Shown here in pieces: positions 50,021 to 63,110 of a stretch of 64,000 nt of DNA. The notes beneath the pieces are model-generated. The model made no database searches and had not been told where the DNA came from. It saw only the letters and a program-made list of their open reading frames with translations. Every line of letters starts with the position of its first letter. Within the stretch, counting starts at the first letter, position 1. Origin of the DNA: Octopus sinensis (taxonomy: Eukaryota); the NCBI RefSeq assembly GCF_006345805.1, contig NC_042999.1:135408001-135472000 (forward strand), given 5' to 3'. Position numbers and translations under genes: made by a program.

Positions 50021-50983
50021 GAAAAGGATTTTCACGTCATTCATTAGCCAATAAAAGTGTATCATTACACTGAATATGAAATCAAATCGAACAGAATTGA
50101 TGCTAGCAGCCAAACCGACTGGATCCGTTTAATGAGATACCTTATGTGATGAAAGCAAATACTCGAAAAAGTTTAAGACTATGACCGTATGGTTATCTTA
50201 GAGAATCTATCATTATTTTATTTTGTGCTTTCTTTTCTTATAGAATTCTTAAATAACGATAGAGAAAGACACTTTACAGAACAGAAACTACTCTAGATGT
50301 GTGTGTGTGTGTGGTGTGTGTGTGTGTGTGTGTGTGTTCGTCTTCGCACGCGTGTGTATAGATAGATAGATACACACATACATATACATATGCAGACACA
50401 CACATACAAACACACATATATTAAGGAAAGGAACGCCTTTGTAACGCATGTGTGAATTTATGTTCATGAATATATATATGTGCACACACACACACACATT
50501 CGTGTGTAAAGTCATATTTAACATGTTTGAGTATACTCGGACGTGGGAAGACCTTCCGCTACGGAAATATATTTCATTGAACGCTGTTTTATGCGACTTT
50601 ATTTATTTCTAGCTTAACCAAAGTTTATACACATCGGTAAACGTATAATTTACTGTGCTAAAGTAATAACAAATTCGCTCTTTTCGGGCTGTGAATTGAA
50701 GATTTAGTGTTCCTAACTGACGACATGAAGAAACTCAGATATGCATTTGTCATTCGATCCAATGACATAATTCATCGCCCAATGCGTTTTTACACATGTC
50801 GTCTTTGGGGACAATTTTCTCCCGAAAGTATTTCCGCAGCAGAAGCTCTTCCCACGCTCTGGTGTACTCGAACGGGAGAAATATATTTTATTCAACGTTG
50901 CTTCGTGTGTGTGTGTGTGTGTGTGTGGTATGTATGTATGTATGTATGTATGTATGTATGTATGTGTGTATGTGTGTGTATGT

Positions 50984-51045
<62 letters not shown>

Positions 51046-53069
51046 GTGTGTATGTATGTATGTACATACATGCCTTTTGCTTGCTTCAATCATTGGACCG
51101 CAGCCATGCTGGGCGCGACCTTGAAGAGTTGAATCGAATAAATCGACCTCAGAATTTATTTTCAAGTCCAGCACTTATTCTATCGGTCACTTTTTTTGCT
51201 AACCGCTAGGTTACGGACAGAAACAAACCAAAACTGGTTGTCAAGTGGTGGTCGGACACACACACAACACACACACACACGCGCACATACACAAACATAT
51301 GACGGGCTTTTTTCAGTTTCCATCTACCAAATTCACTCACAAGGCTTTGGGCGGCCAGGGTCCATAGTAGATGACACTTGCCCAAGATGTCATACACACA
51401 TACTGCTGTGATATTTTCCCAATTAGAATATTTTTTTGTTATTGTTAAAGTGTGAGCCCTGGTCAGCTCTGATTTAACAGACCAATGGCAATCGGCGTCC
51501 AGAGACCACATTGTCGAATGTCTACTTCTTTTTTTATGGAAGTGGGACGTGTTTTAAAGAATATTTGCTTGATAATCTTTGCATGTCGGCTGACCACGTG
51601 AAGACACTTTTATCAATGTACAACGCTTCGTTTTCATTCAGATAGCATCTTTGAATAATTAACCATAGTCATTTATTCGTTAAATGATTACTACAAAAAT
51701 TAAGGCGGCAAGCTGGCAGCATCGTTAGAACTGTAGGCGAGTAACTTAGCGGCATTTCATCCGTCTTTAAGTTCTGATTTCAAATTCCGCCGTGGTCGAC
51801 TTTACTTTTCATCCCCTTTTGGGGTCAATAGAATAAGTACAAGTTGAGCACATTGCTAATATATTCCACTCAATCCTCCTCTGAAACTGCTGGCCTTGAG
51901 CCAAAATTTGAAATCAATAATTACTTCAAAAATCAACTCGAAATGACGAGCCAAAAAGGGTACTTCACGAAGCCAGAAAGGAACCTTTATATTGCCGTCT
52001 ACCTACAAGAAACAGAAAATAAATTTTCCTCTAAACACATCCTACTTACTGTCTTAAAGGAGAAAAGGGCACATTGGATAATATAATTATAAATGCATTG
52101 TTTTAAAAAAAATTAAAAGGTCACGGCTGAAACGTCTTTGATCGTAGCTCCTCTTAAATGAAGGTTAACCAACAACAACGAAAGAACTTAGAAAAAAACA
52201 TCGAATGGTCATGGCTGAAACACCTTTGATCAGAGGTTTATTCGAATGGTACTGATATGAGAGTTAAAACAATAACTACAAAACAGCAACGAAACTACCT
52301 CCACTAAAAGACACACAGCCAGTTAGATAGAGAGATAGGATACTGAAATATATCGGACAAATGTCGATAGAATTGTCGGACGTAGAGCAATGAAAAATAA
52401 ACAATGTTTTCAAGAGTTCCAACATTTTTTACTCGTCACTATTCTGAAATCCAGATTAATTACCAGTTATTAATTAACAAAATGACTGAATACTAAACTG
52501 TGTGTGGAAATAGCAAAACTAAATAAAAGTTCTAAAACACACATACACACAGACGTCCGTGCACGCTCACACACACAGACGTCCGCGCACTCTCTCTTTC
52601 ACACACACACATACACACATTCCGGCGTTAACGATTTATATTATTATTATTATGGAAGATAATGACAATGACCTGAAAGTGTACCGAAACAGAAAATCAG
52701 TACTTAGTTCGTTCGGGCCAGTGTAGTGCCAAATTTGTTTCTAAAGAAAGTAAAGCATATACACAAACCGTCCGGTTTATAATTAATCGTGCATGTTAAT
52801 TAAAACATAACCATAGATAGTTGTTTTTTCTATGAAATTTATATTCCATCCAGCTGTCTTCGTTTACATTAAGACGTCTTTATCTTCAAACTGTCGTTAC
52901 TTCTCAGTTGCTACATCCTCATATACAGTGTGTGTGTGTGTAACGAAATATACATATATATACACACACATACAAACCCCATTGTTTCGTATATTAAGTA
53001 TCTAAGTGTCTATCTAAGTATCTAAATATTTATACATGTATATACATACAAACCTCCATTGTTTTATTC

Positions 53070-53104
<35 letters not shown>

Positions 53105-53434
53105 GACCCCATTGTTTTATATATATATACACACACTCCATTGTTTTATATATATATATTATCTTAATAACTTTCAAAAATATCTGTTTATATTATATTC
53201 TATATTATATCTTATGTGAATAATAGAATGCATCTAATATTAATAATATTATTAATAACTGATTATTATGTATGCTTATAAATGCAAATATGTATGTACA
53301 TTTCAGTATATATATATTTATGTATATTTATATATGTATGTATATGTATATCTATATATACAAGTATTTAAATGTGTGTGTGTTTTTACTTATTTTATAT
53401 TTATATTTATTTATAACTTAACATTATGTACTTT

Positions 53435-53563
53435 ATAACCTCTGACGAAGCCTAGAGAAATACTCAAGTACCTGAATTTCATCTACCTATTACTTCAGTC
53501 TACTTGAGTAATAAAGGTAGAATGAGGTATTTTTACCTCTTGGCTGAAACAGCTGTAAGTTAT
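53435..53563 (+). ncRNA. Type I hammerhead with extended, branched helix II
   Basis: ataacct CTGACGA agcctagag...ctcttggct GAAA cagctg TA agttat. Internal hairpins TACTCAAGTA/TACTTGAGTA and GAGGTA/TACCTC. Confidence 0.7.
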
Positions 53564-54572
53564 TTTCCCAATTTATATTCATGCATGTTATTTTGTAATA
53601 ATTACTGGTATCATTATATATTAATACATTTTATATCTTACATGTAAACCATAATATGTTATACATGTATGTATTTTATTGTACTTGTCAGTTTAGTAAA
53701 TAAATAAGTTAACATAATATAATTTCTAAAAGTTGATGAACCCCCTATTGATCCCCTCCATTTTCTTATTGCTATATATACAGTGATGGCTCGTAGATAA
53801 AACTTAGTGGGGTGCTGCTTCAGAAAATTTTTAGCCGTTGTGTAAAAGGATACAACCATGTAAAAAGAATATTTATACATAAACGTGATCGGTTCGTGTT
53901 TTAGCCACTGCCGGGTAGTGTGCTTAATTTGTTCACTGAACAACACCGTGATTTCTCCTTCTTTTCCCAAAATACTCCCTAAATTACAAAATAAGGGGGT
54001 GGGAATCTGCCTTATTTTTCAAATCCAGGCAGCAACACTGTGGCTGGAAGCAGGATAATAATCTATTTCTACACTTTATCACATTCAAGAATATAAGCAC
54101 AACACACGCGGAATCAAAAAGAAATACTGCGTGAACGAGTGCTGTCTCTCCCTAGCATGAAGCTTCCTATATCAGACTTGTGAGCATGCGCACATCAGCC
54201 AAACACTGCGTCGCTGGAACTGTGATACGCACAGTTCTATACAAGGATTTCTGTATTTTTTTTTTTTTTTCATAAACTAGGGTATGGCTACTGACATTAA
54301 ACTTAAGGATTATATAATGTACAAGTATAAAGAAAGAATTAAAGAAAAAAGGACTCATTATATTGAATGTTATCGATAATATCGAGTGGAAATAGAGAGT
54401 GCTGCAGTTCCGCAGTGCCTAGTAGGCGTGGCTGTGTGGTAAGAAGCTTGCTTCCCACTGCGTGACACCTTGGCCAAGTGTCTTCTACAAAGCCTCGGCC
54501 TGACCAAAGTCTTGTGAGTAGATTTGGTAGACGGAAACTGAAAGAAGCATGTCGTATATTTATATACGATAG

Positions 54573-54698
54573 GCTTCCATGAAAGCAACCCAACGCAACA
54601 GGGGTAATCTCAGAATTATGGAAGCCCTCCTTATAAACAAATTGAGACCAGCCATTAACAACAGGAAGGAACTATACGAAGCAAACTGGTTGCTATAG
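54573..54698 (+). mobile_element. Penelope-like GIY-YIG C-terminus
   Basis: ...GNLRIMEALLINKLRPAINNRKELYEANWLL*, matching the L.I.EAL.I....P.IN motif. Confidence 0.7.
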
Positions 54699-54787
54699 CA
54701 ACAACAGTCTGCGCATGTTACTTTCCTCCTTTTCCACCCCAACACATACACATCTGTGCAACAACCTTTTCCAACTACCGCTTTTCC

Positions 54788-54831
54788 GAATGTCCTGAAG
54801 AAGAGGTCTTCACCCCGAAATATAGAAATAC
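54788..54831 (+). ncRNA. Decayed hammerhead motif
   Basis: gaatgtc CTGAAGA a gaggt cttc acccc GAAA ta TA gaaatac, with mismatches in helices I and II. Confidence 0.45.
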
Positions 54832-54989
54832 AAGGTTAAACTTTCAACTTTGTTCTGTTTTGCTTTCCTTTTGTAGCTTACTTTGTACCTTCTCGCATGG
54901 AATGTATAAGCTTGACGTTCAGTATAAGATATGGGAGGGAGGGTAGGTGTAAAACGTTTCAAGCATGGCTCTTCTTCAGAAAGAGAAGA

Positions 54990-57830
54990 CAGAAAAGGAC
55001 CGGACATTTAGCCCTGTGTGGTAATGATTCTGCAAACTGGCCTAAATGGAAAGAAATAATCAAACAGAAGGCTACAGGACTGTCGAGGGAAAATGGAGAA
55101 CACAAGGTTGAACACGGCAGTTTGGGAGCGGAAGACCAGGCCCCCCACTGATCGTCATCCAGTGACGAGTTTTAAGTACATTAAAGAAATAAAGCACAGT
55201 GCTGTGAGAGGACTACGAGATCTGCATTATTTTGATGAGCCTTTGGATGAAAATAGCGATGAAATTGTTAATGATGAATCTGAGACCATAGAGGAGGATG
55301 TAATAAGCAGGATAGATGAAAATAGGGGAAAACAATATAATGATACGAGTGCAATGGAATATGTTTGTAGCATCGTAGCACCTCAGGTACAGTTCCATCT
55401 GATTTGGAGGACTATGAACAGGAAATACTAGACAGATTTACTGAATTAGTAATGTGTGATAATCAACAAGACCTAATCAATCTATGGTTTGTCGATAAGA
55501 AAAAAACTGCATTGAGAAGACAGTCTTGTACTATGTATGATATCATAAAAATACGGGATTTGTTTAGGGCAGCTGCAATTGTAGTAGGAAAACTAGTAGT
55601 TGCTAGGTAGAACGTCAAAGGAAAGTGGAAGAGGTGAACTGAATGAGTCATAGCATGTCTGAGAAAGCATCTTGGGAAGATACAGTTTGGTAAAAAGGAA
55701 GTTGGAAGAACTAATAACAAAGACTGTGAATGAACAAAATTCAGCCTGTGGATGTGAAAAATCAAGTTATGAGGCTATCTAAATGGAAAGCAGCAAGGCC
55801 GGGTAGAATCCAAGGCCTCTGGGTGAAAGGATTCAAGGGTATACAAGGGAGGCTGGCTTTTCAACTGAACCAATGCATTTTTAGTAGTACGACACCAGGT
55901 TGGAGGAATGAAAGGTGAACGACCCTTACCATGAAAGACAAATCCAAGGGTTTTGTGCCCTATAACATACTTCAATTTGATGCGGAAAATTCTAACATAA
56001 ATAATTGCTGAATATGTCTACATACACCTGGAGATGAATGACTTACTACCTGTCTTGTAAAAAGGCTGCAGAAAATGGTTACAGAGCACAGGAGATCACT
56101 TGGTTGCCTACAAAATGTTTCTGAAGAACTGCAATATATGAAAAACCCAAATTTTCAAAGGCCTATATTTTAATAAAAGCATGCGATATAATACATCACC
56201 CATGAATACCTGAGTCCCTGAACATGTATAAGATCGCTAAGACTGTACAAAATAAATGAGTGAGAGCATGAAAAAAAATGGAAAACTACAGTTTTGTAAT
56301 TTGTCGGTGTTGACATCAAGTATAACAACTTTCAAGGTAACTCGTTTTATTTTTTGCTCTTCGTTATTGCTCTGATTCCTCTAAGCATGGTGCTTCAGAA
56401 GACAGGACTGGATTATCAATTAGTAAAAAAGAATGAGAGTGGCTCTTAATCATCTGCTCTTTATAGATGTTTTGAAATTGTTTACCATATGAGAAACTGT
56501 TACAAACTGTTTATACAGTAAGTACGGACATGCAGAAGGAGACGGGCATTACAAAGTAATGGTCACCAGGAGCAAGTGAAAACGGAATAATAGCAGCGGA
56601 ATAGTATTACCAAATGAAGAAAGAGTAAGAGACCTTGATGAAGTAGGGTATAAATACTTAGGCGTACTAGAGTTAGACGTTATAACACCTAAACAAATGA
56701 AAGAGCGAGTACAAAAACTTACTGTGATAGACTGAGTAAGGTTCCGAATACTAAGCTTGAGTCCCGAAAGCTTGTGTGTGCCATCAACTCCTAAGCCATA
56801 GCTGTTGTTCATTACAGTGCAGTCATGCTTGACTGAACGTTAGAGTAGATCGATCAAATGGATCTATATGCACGGAAATTGCTGTACAAATTCAAATTCC
56901 TCCACCCGAAAACAAACGCAACGTGCCTGTAAATGAATCGAAAACACAACTGCAGGGGTTTGATTAGTGCATCGAAATGTGTTGTAGAAAGACGAAAGCT
57001 AGATTTTTATCTGGTAAGCAGCAGCGAAGTTTTGCTTCAATATGTTGCCAAGTTGGGCTTGAAGAAGGAAGAAACTGAAGTCAAAAACTGATACAAAGAA
57101 AGAATAGAGGAGAAAGTGGAGAGTTGGAAGTCAATCGACCTACATGGAAAGTTTGAACGGGAAACTCAGACTGATGGCTCATTAACATGACTAGGGAGGG
57201 GAACAAATTTTATTGCAGTTCAGGATCAGGCCTGTACGAACAATTCCTTAAAGAAGTCTATCTACAAATTTCTGAATGTGAGAAGTGCTGATTATGTGAG
57301 AAAGATGTAGAGAGTGTGACACACACTGTCAGTGCTTGTGGGATACTTGCACAACATGAATACAAAACCCACTTTGACAAAATGAGTTAGTGCATTCACT
57401 GGAGCCTCTGTAAGCTCTATGGTTAGAAGTATATAAGAATACGTACGAACACAGGATAGAGTCAAACGGATAGAATGATCGAGCACAGACGACCGTACAT
57501 CATATTGGTGGTCAAAGAGCACCACGAACTTTTATTAGTGATATAATAGTATCAGGTGACCATAACATGGTAGCTAAAGAAGTCGAAGAGATTACCAACT
57601 ATGTATAGTTGAAGGCAGAACTAGAAAGAATGTGGAACACTACTATTAAAGTTATTCCTGTTGGGATGGAACACTGGGGTCTGTACCAAAGAAACTGCTA
57701 CAATTCCTTGACCAACTTAAAATCAAATATGATAACAGTGCTATAATAGAAACTGCTTTTTAGGTACTGCTCATATCCTGTGAAAGGTTCTTTTTGTCCG
57801 AAGTCTCAGACCAGAAGGAGAGACCCTACA
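54990..57830 (+). mobile_element. R4/Dong-like (RLE-type) non-LTR retrotransposon, heavily decayed
   Basis: Fragments LSKWKAARPGRIQGLWVKGF, KDKSKG, KGCRKW, LLFVIALIPLS, LLFIDVLKLF, YKYLGVLE, and a C..C..ESVTHTVSAC zinc knuckle. Many stops and frameshifts. Confidence 0.8.
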
Positions 57831-58074
57831 AGAACATCATGCCAATTTTAGGGACTGTGTGAAGAACTAATAGTAATAATGATTTCAATTTTGATTCAAG
57901 ACCTATGACAGGGAGAAGGTTAGTTGATACCTTTGACTTCAGTTCTTAATTGGCACTTTGTTTTATCGACCATAGAAAGATAAAAGGCAAAATTGACCCA
58001 ACGGAGTTTGAACACAGAACGTCGGAAGAAATTTCGCAAGGTATTTTGTCCGACTTTCTAATGATTCTCCTAAA

Positions 58075-58460
58075 TCGCCGTCATAACAATAGTTGTTATA
58101 TCCACCAAGGAAGGAAATGCCTCTTAATTGAAGTATCGGTCCCAACAGGCGATAAATGTATTTCTAAAAGAAATGGACAATTTTGCAAACATAGAAATCT
58201 GGGAGTAGAAATATCCAGCAAGTGAAGAACGAAAACAGAAACAATCCCTAGAGATACAAACAGATACATAATCACTCCGCCCATTAAGATTTACAAATAT
58301 GTACAACATGCAGAAAATAGTACTACTAGATACTCCGCATATATGACGTAGAGAACTTTCAATACATTATGGAACAGAAAATTAAAACAAAGCACTAGAC
58401 GTACCGAAGGCCCACAGAGCGACATTCAAGTATATATGGAAAGCACACAAAGTAAGACTA
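58075..58460 (+). mobile_element. R4/Dong-like 3' end
   Basis: KCLLIEVSVPTGD...HRNLGVEI...KTETIP resembles the RLE C-terminus. Confidence 0.6.
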
Positions 58461-58604
58461 CAAATACTTGTAATAATGGTTAATTTTTGTTTTTTGTGCA
58501 AGACTGATGGGTTAAATACAAATGAGTGCGATGTTTTATATTGCAATGACGGAGAAAATGAAAGTGAAAGTATACACAATATACAAAGTTCTATGTCCCT
58601 AGAC

Positions 58605-58838
58605 CGGTGGTTCTTAACCGGGGTCCATATAAGATTTTTTTGTTAAAAATTATGTACAATAAATTGCTTATACTTCTACAAACACAAAATATTTTAACAT
58701 TTTTTATACAATTCCTGATAATATTTAATTATAAAATTAAATAGGATTTTTAAAACGTTGAATGACTAGGAGGGTCCACCTGAGTAAAATAGGAATCAGA
58801 GGGGTCCATAGGTAAAAAAAAATGGATGAGAACCACTG
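58605..58838. mobile_element. hAT (Charlie-like) MITE
   Basis: TIRs CGGTGGTTCTTAACC and GATGAGAACCACTG; flanks CCCTAGAC / CCATAGAT form a decayed 8-bp TSD. Confidence 0.7.
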
Positions 58839-59599
58839 CCATAGATGATTACTGATTGCCTTCTAAGACCAATCAAGGAACTTTATAGATACAGGGTTAC
58901 ACTGACTACCCCCTTCAAATTGTCATTCCCTAGCCTACTGATGCATGCTGCAAGAGGTCCGTTCTCTGGAGCCACGCTCACTACTTTTAATCATCTTTTG
59001 ATAAATTTGCCATATTGAAGCACCTCTCCCTTTCCCTTCTTCCCTATCTCTCGAAGTGAACACGAACAAGTTGATGACAGATTGGCCGAAAAGGAGGATT
59101 ACCTGTCTTTAATCCTTCCAGTTGAGTCCGCCCAACAGCCCCTTTTGTCGTAAGAATTAGAGGAAAACTGTCTGCCCTTCCTGGCCTGGAGATCTTTACC
59201 ATAGTCCTACAAGCGACGAAAACCGTCCAACAAAAATCTATAAAAGCTTAAAAATCATAATATGAACCAAAACATAAAATTCATGCCAGCATTCACTGTG
59301 TTACGCAGTACAAAAATAAAAAAGAAGCTCATCTAGTCACATCCCACATGGTATGCCAGACGCTTTTATTCTATATCACAACTCAGTACACACGGCACAC
59401 AAAAATAACCTAAATAATCACCACGCAACAGAATAATTCGACTCATACGGTTATTGTTTACAGATCCTCACCAAACAGTATGGCACAATGCATAAGCTTA
59501 CGTAATCGATGCCTGACACTATAACACTAGCAGCTAACACAATTTAGATTGCATATACAATGCGCAACAGAGAAAACGCAAAAATAATGCTAGAAGCTA

Positions 59600-60296
59600 C
59601 AAAGCAAAATCTGCAATACAGCGAAGCTGATGTAGCACGCAAACACAATTGCACATCGCCAAATTACAAGGCTGCATACACCTCGGGAACTAGGAGGTGC
59701 ACCTACTGCTTTAGCAAAAACTTGCATAAAACTGTTGTAAACATGATTATAAACAACAATTATAAAACTCATCTCAGTAGCATGAATACTATTTGCAGAG
59801 CCAGCCGTCACATATGGCTCTGTAGTTAGCATTGGACTGAAGCGTGACGGACCTAGATTCCATAGACTGTAATACGAGAGATCTACTAGACAAAATAAAC
59901 CGCCACATTCTATACAATAAGTCTGGCACCCATCGACTGTACATTCCTAAAAGAAAAGGTAAGAGACTATTGAGAGTGAGGGAGTAATACAAGAAGGTAA
60001 TTATCAATATTGCCTAAAAGCTTTCCAGCTCACATGAAGGCCTGATACAAACCCTTGTTAGCTACAGACCTGACAGAAAAAATCAAATCGACTATATCGG
60101 CACCAATAAAATTGTCGCAAAAAATTGGATTAGACCTCGAATAGCTGAAGTCTAAAACCTAAAGCAGCAGTAAAAACGGACATACTGATGACACATAGGT
60201 TAACAGTGGTGAACAAGCATATAGACCTGCCTTTATATGACCAACACTCAAGCGAACTGGATGACCCATATAGAAATTTAAAAAATAGATAAATAA

Positions 60297-60300
<4 letters not shown>
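59600..60300 (+). mobile_element. R4/Dong-like fragment
   Basis: AVTYGSV and SGTHRLYIPKRKGKRLL resemble SDVDRLY.PR..GGRGL. Confidence 0.5.
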
Positions 60301-60347
<47 letters not shown>

Positions 60348-60879
60348 AACAGGCTATCTCTGGCCTGAATGAATAAATCCAGTCTGAATGAAGCAACAAA
60401 AGCAATGACATTCTCAAGATAAACGTAAAAGCGTATTCTTTCCACTCACAAAGGAAACAAGACGAGCACTGAAATATTCCAAAATTTTCTTAACGGCAAA
60501 ATATCCGAAAATAATTTTTTTTCTCTTTAATGCAGACATGGTAAATCGGAGAGCAAAACAGACGCATCTGTTCACACATCATCATCATCATCAATAATAA
60601 TGTTAATAATAACAATAATCCTTTCTTCTTGAAATTTTGTAGGGAGGGGGCTAGTCGATTACATCGACCACAGTGTTTCAATGGTGCTTAATTTATCAAC
60701 CCTGAAAGAACGAAAAACAAAATCGTCCTCGGTCCGGATTGGCGTCCGGCGGATTAAGCCATATCTCAAAGCTGGGAGGAGGTCTTTAGCCTTAGTTGGT
60801 GGCCTTCCTAGTGATAGTCGTAATCCAGCTACTGCTAACCTTGAAAGGAAGTGAAGTAAATAGATAAACGATGTTACCA

Positions 60880-63110
60880 TGGATTACTAGTATCTGAGCG
60901 ACCCTTAAATGAAAATGGATTTCCAATTAGGGTCTAGTAAATTGGAAAGGAGAGGATTATTAGAAACTACAGAGCAGAGGTTTTTTGGCCAGGCGAGAGC
61001 AATTCCAAAGAATGGATGGTTGTCTGAGCTTGAGCTTGAAGCCACCAAGAGACATATTAATGAAAGGGTAGAGCATGATGCAGGCGAGGAAGATGAGGTG
61101 CAGAAGGAAGCAGAAATAGAGAAGCTGGATGATACTGTTTAAAATAACAGACCAAAAATGGTAGCAAAAGGAAATTATAATGACATTAAAGTATTCTTTT
61201 TTATCAACAAAATATAGTTACAGGTGGAGTGCTAACTGAGGTTGATGAAATAGTAATTAATAGGGTATATAGCATGTGTGATTTGAAAACGAATGATCAG
61301 GGGAAATTAGATGAAAAAAACAACGAAAGATAATAAAATTTTGAAGCATTGAAGAATATACAACATAACAGAAACCGATAGGCTTATCAAGGCAACTGGA
61401 AAAGATACTGCGAAAAACCTGAGACTAAAAGTCAATGAAAGAACAAATAGTGGGAAATAACAAACAAAGACCCATGATGGAAAAGAAGAATATTGATGGG
61501 TGCCATAACAGAACGTTGAATGTTTGAACATTCAATTGCAATTGCAGAGAATGACAAGAGGTTTTTAGAGAAAAGGCATGGAAAGTTGGAAGACTGAACT
61601 CATATCACAAGGAACGTACCTAAGAACATTAAGAATCAAGAGAGAAATTTTTCAAGTATACTATTTCCTTTATTCTTTGTCTTATGCATTACTCTTTTTA
61701 TACTGCAGCTGAGAAAAATTGCAGGAAAACCGCAAAGGACCATCTATATATTACTCGTGGGTGATTTCAAGCTGCATGGTAAGGACGAAGCTCAAATCAG
61801 TTCTTTAGTGAATTCAGTTCTCGCATCAGCAAGAAAATCAAAATGGAATTTGGTTTTAAAAAATGTAAAAAAAAAAAGGAAAGTTAACAGACTGACAGAC
61901 TTGAAGGTATAGAATTACCATCAAAAGAAATCATGAAAAGGATTGACGATACTGGGTATAAATATTTGGGTATGTTGGCAGTGAATGAAGAGAAGGAAAA
62001 AGAAATAAAGAAATGCTTTACGCAAGATTATCTCGAAGATCTAAACTGGTGCTGCAGTCAAAACTGAACAAAAGAAATAAGTTTCACGCAATCAATACAT
62101 GAACGGTTGCATTATTGAGATATAGTGCAGGTTTTATCAACTGGAGAAAAGACGAATTACTAAAGCTACACTAAAAATCGAGTAAACCGTTCATAATGTA
62201 AAGAACATTCCACCTAAAGATCGATATTGACACGCTGTATCTAACCAAACACAAACGGTGGTCGAGTTGCATATGCTTATGATAAAATAACTTGGACTGG
62301 TATATTAAGGATGTCATAGAACCCTTGCTGCTGCAGGCGAGAATACCTGGTAAGGATAGATACTTGTATGACGATAGAGTACAAGGAAAGAAAAAATCGA
62401 AAAAACGTAAAAATGGATTGGTTAAAAGATGTGCGGGCTGTCTGCGAAAGAGGCGAGAGAAATACAGACGCCGATAGAAGGTGGCATTGATTAAGGATGA
62501 GTGACTTAAAGCCAGAAACTGAAGCATCTATCTGTTCTACGCAGGAACAAGCACTTAAGACAAATCATATCAAATGCAGATCTGACAACACAGCTGAAAG
62601 TGCAGGTTGTGCGGTGATAAAGGTGAGACTACAGGGAATATTATGAAAGAGTGCGTGAAGCTGGCCCAAAAAGAATACAAAAGACACGATAATGTTGTAT
62701 GAATAATTCTTGGGAGCTGTGTGGAAAATATAGATTGAGCTGAGCAAAGATGTTGTATAGGCAAGTTCCAGGAGGAATAATTGAGAATGACAAGGTAGTA
62801 GGAATATGTGGGATGTAATGATGATTCAATGTGATAGTAAAACTGAACAGCGAAAGCCGGACATAGTGGTTGTGTATAAAGAGGAAAGCCTTGCTTAATA
62901 TTAATAGATATTTCATGCCATGGTGATGACAGAATATCGGAAAAGGGGTCAGGTATGATGATTTGAAATGGGAGATAAAAAGACTAGTCACTGAACATGT
63001 ACAAAAAAAAAAATTGAAAAGACTGGGGTAAATGTGAAGACAGAGCATCTACAGAAAACTGTGTTACTTGGAACTACACGAATCGTCTGCAGAATTCTCG
63101 AAATCTAAAT
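60880..63110 (+). mobile_element. R4/Dong-like non-LTR element, internally deleted
   Basis: [77 protein letters not shown] and HLQKTVLLGTTRI; (GAT)n tract at about 63170. Confidence 0.8.

Noticed and set aside
1238-51511. Numerous 60-150 aa ORFs rich in YI, CV, HT, M or I runs
   Set aside because: These are translations of microsatellites.
52960-53160. Four CCATTGTTT-containing units separated by (TA)/(CA) tracts
   Set aside because: Ordinary minisatellite-microsatellite slippage with no further structure.
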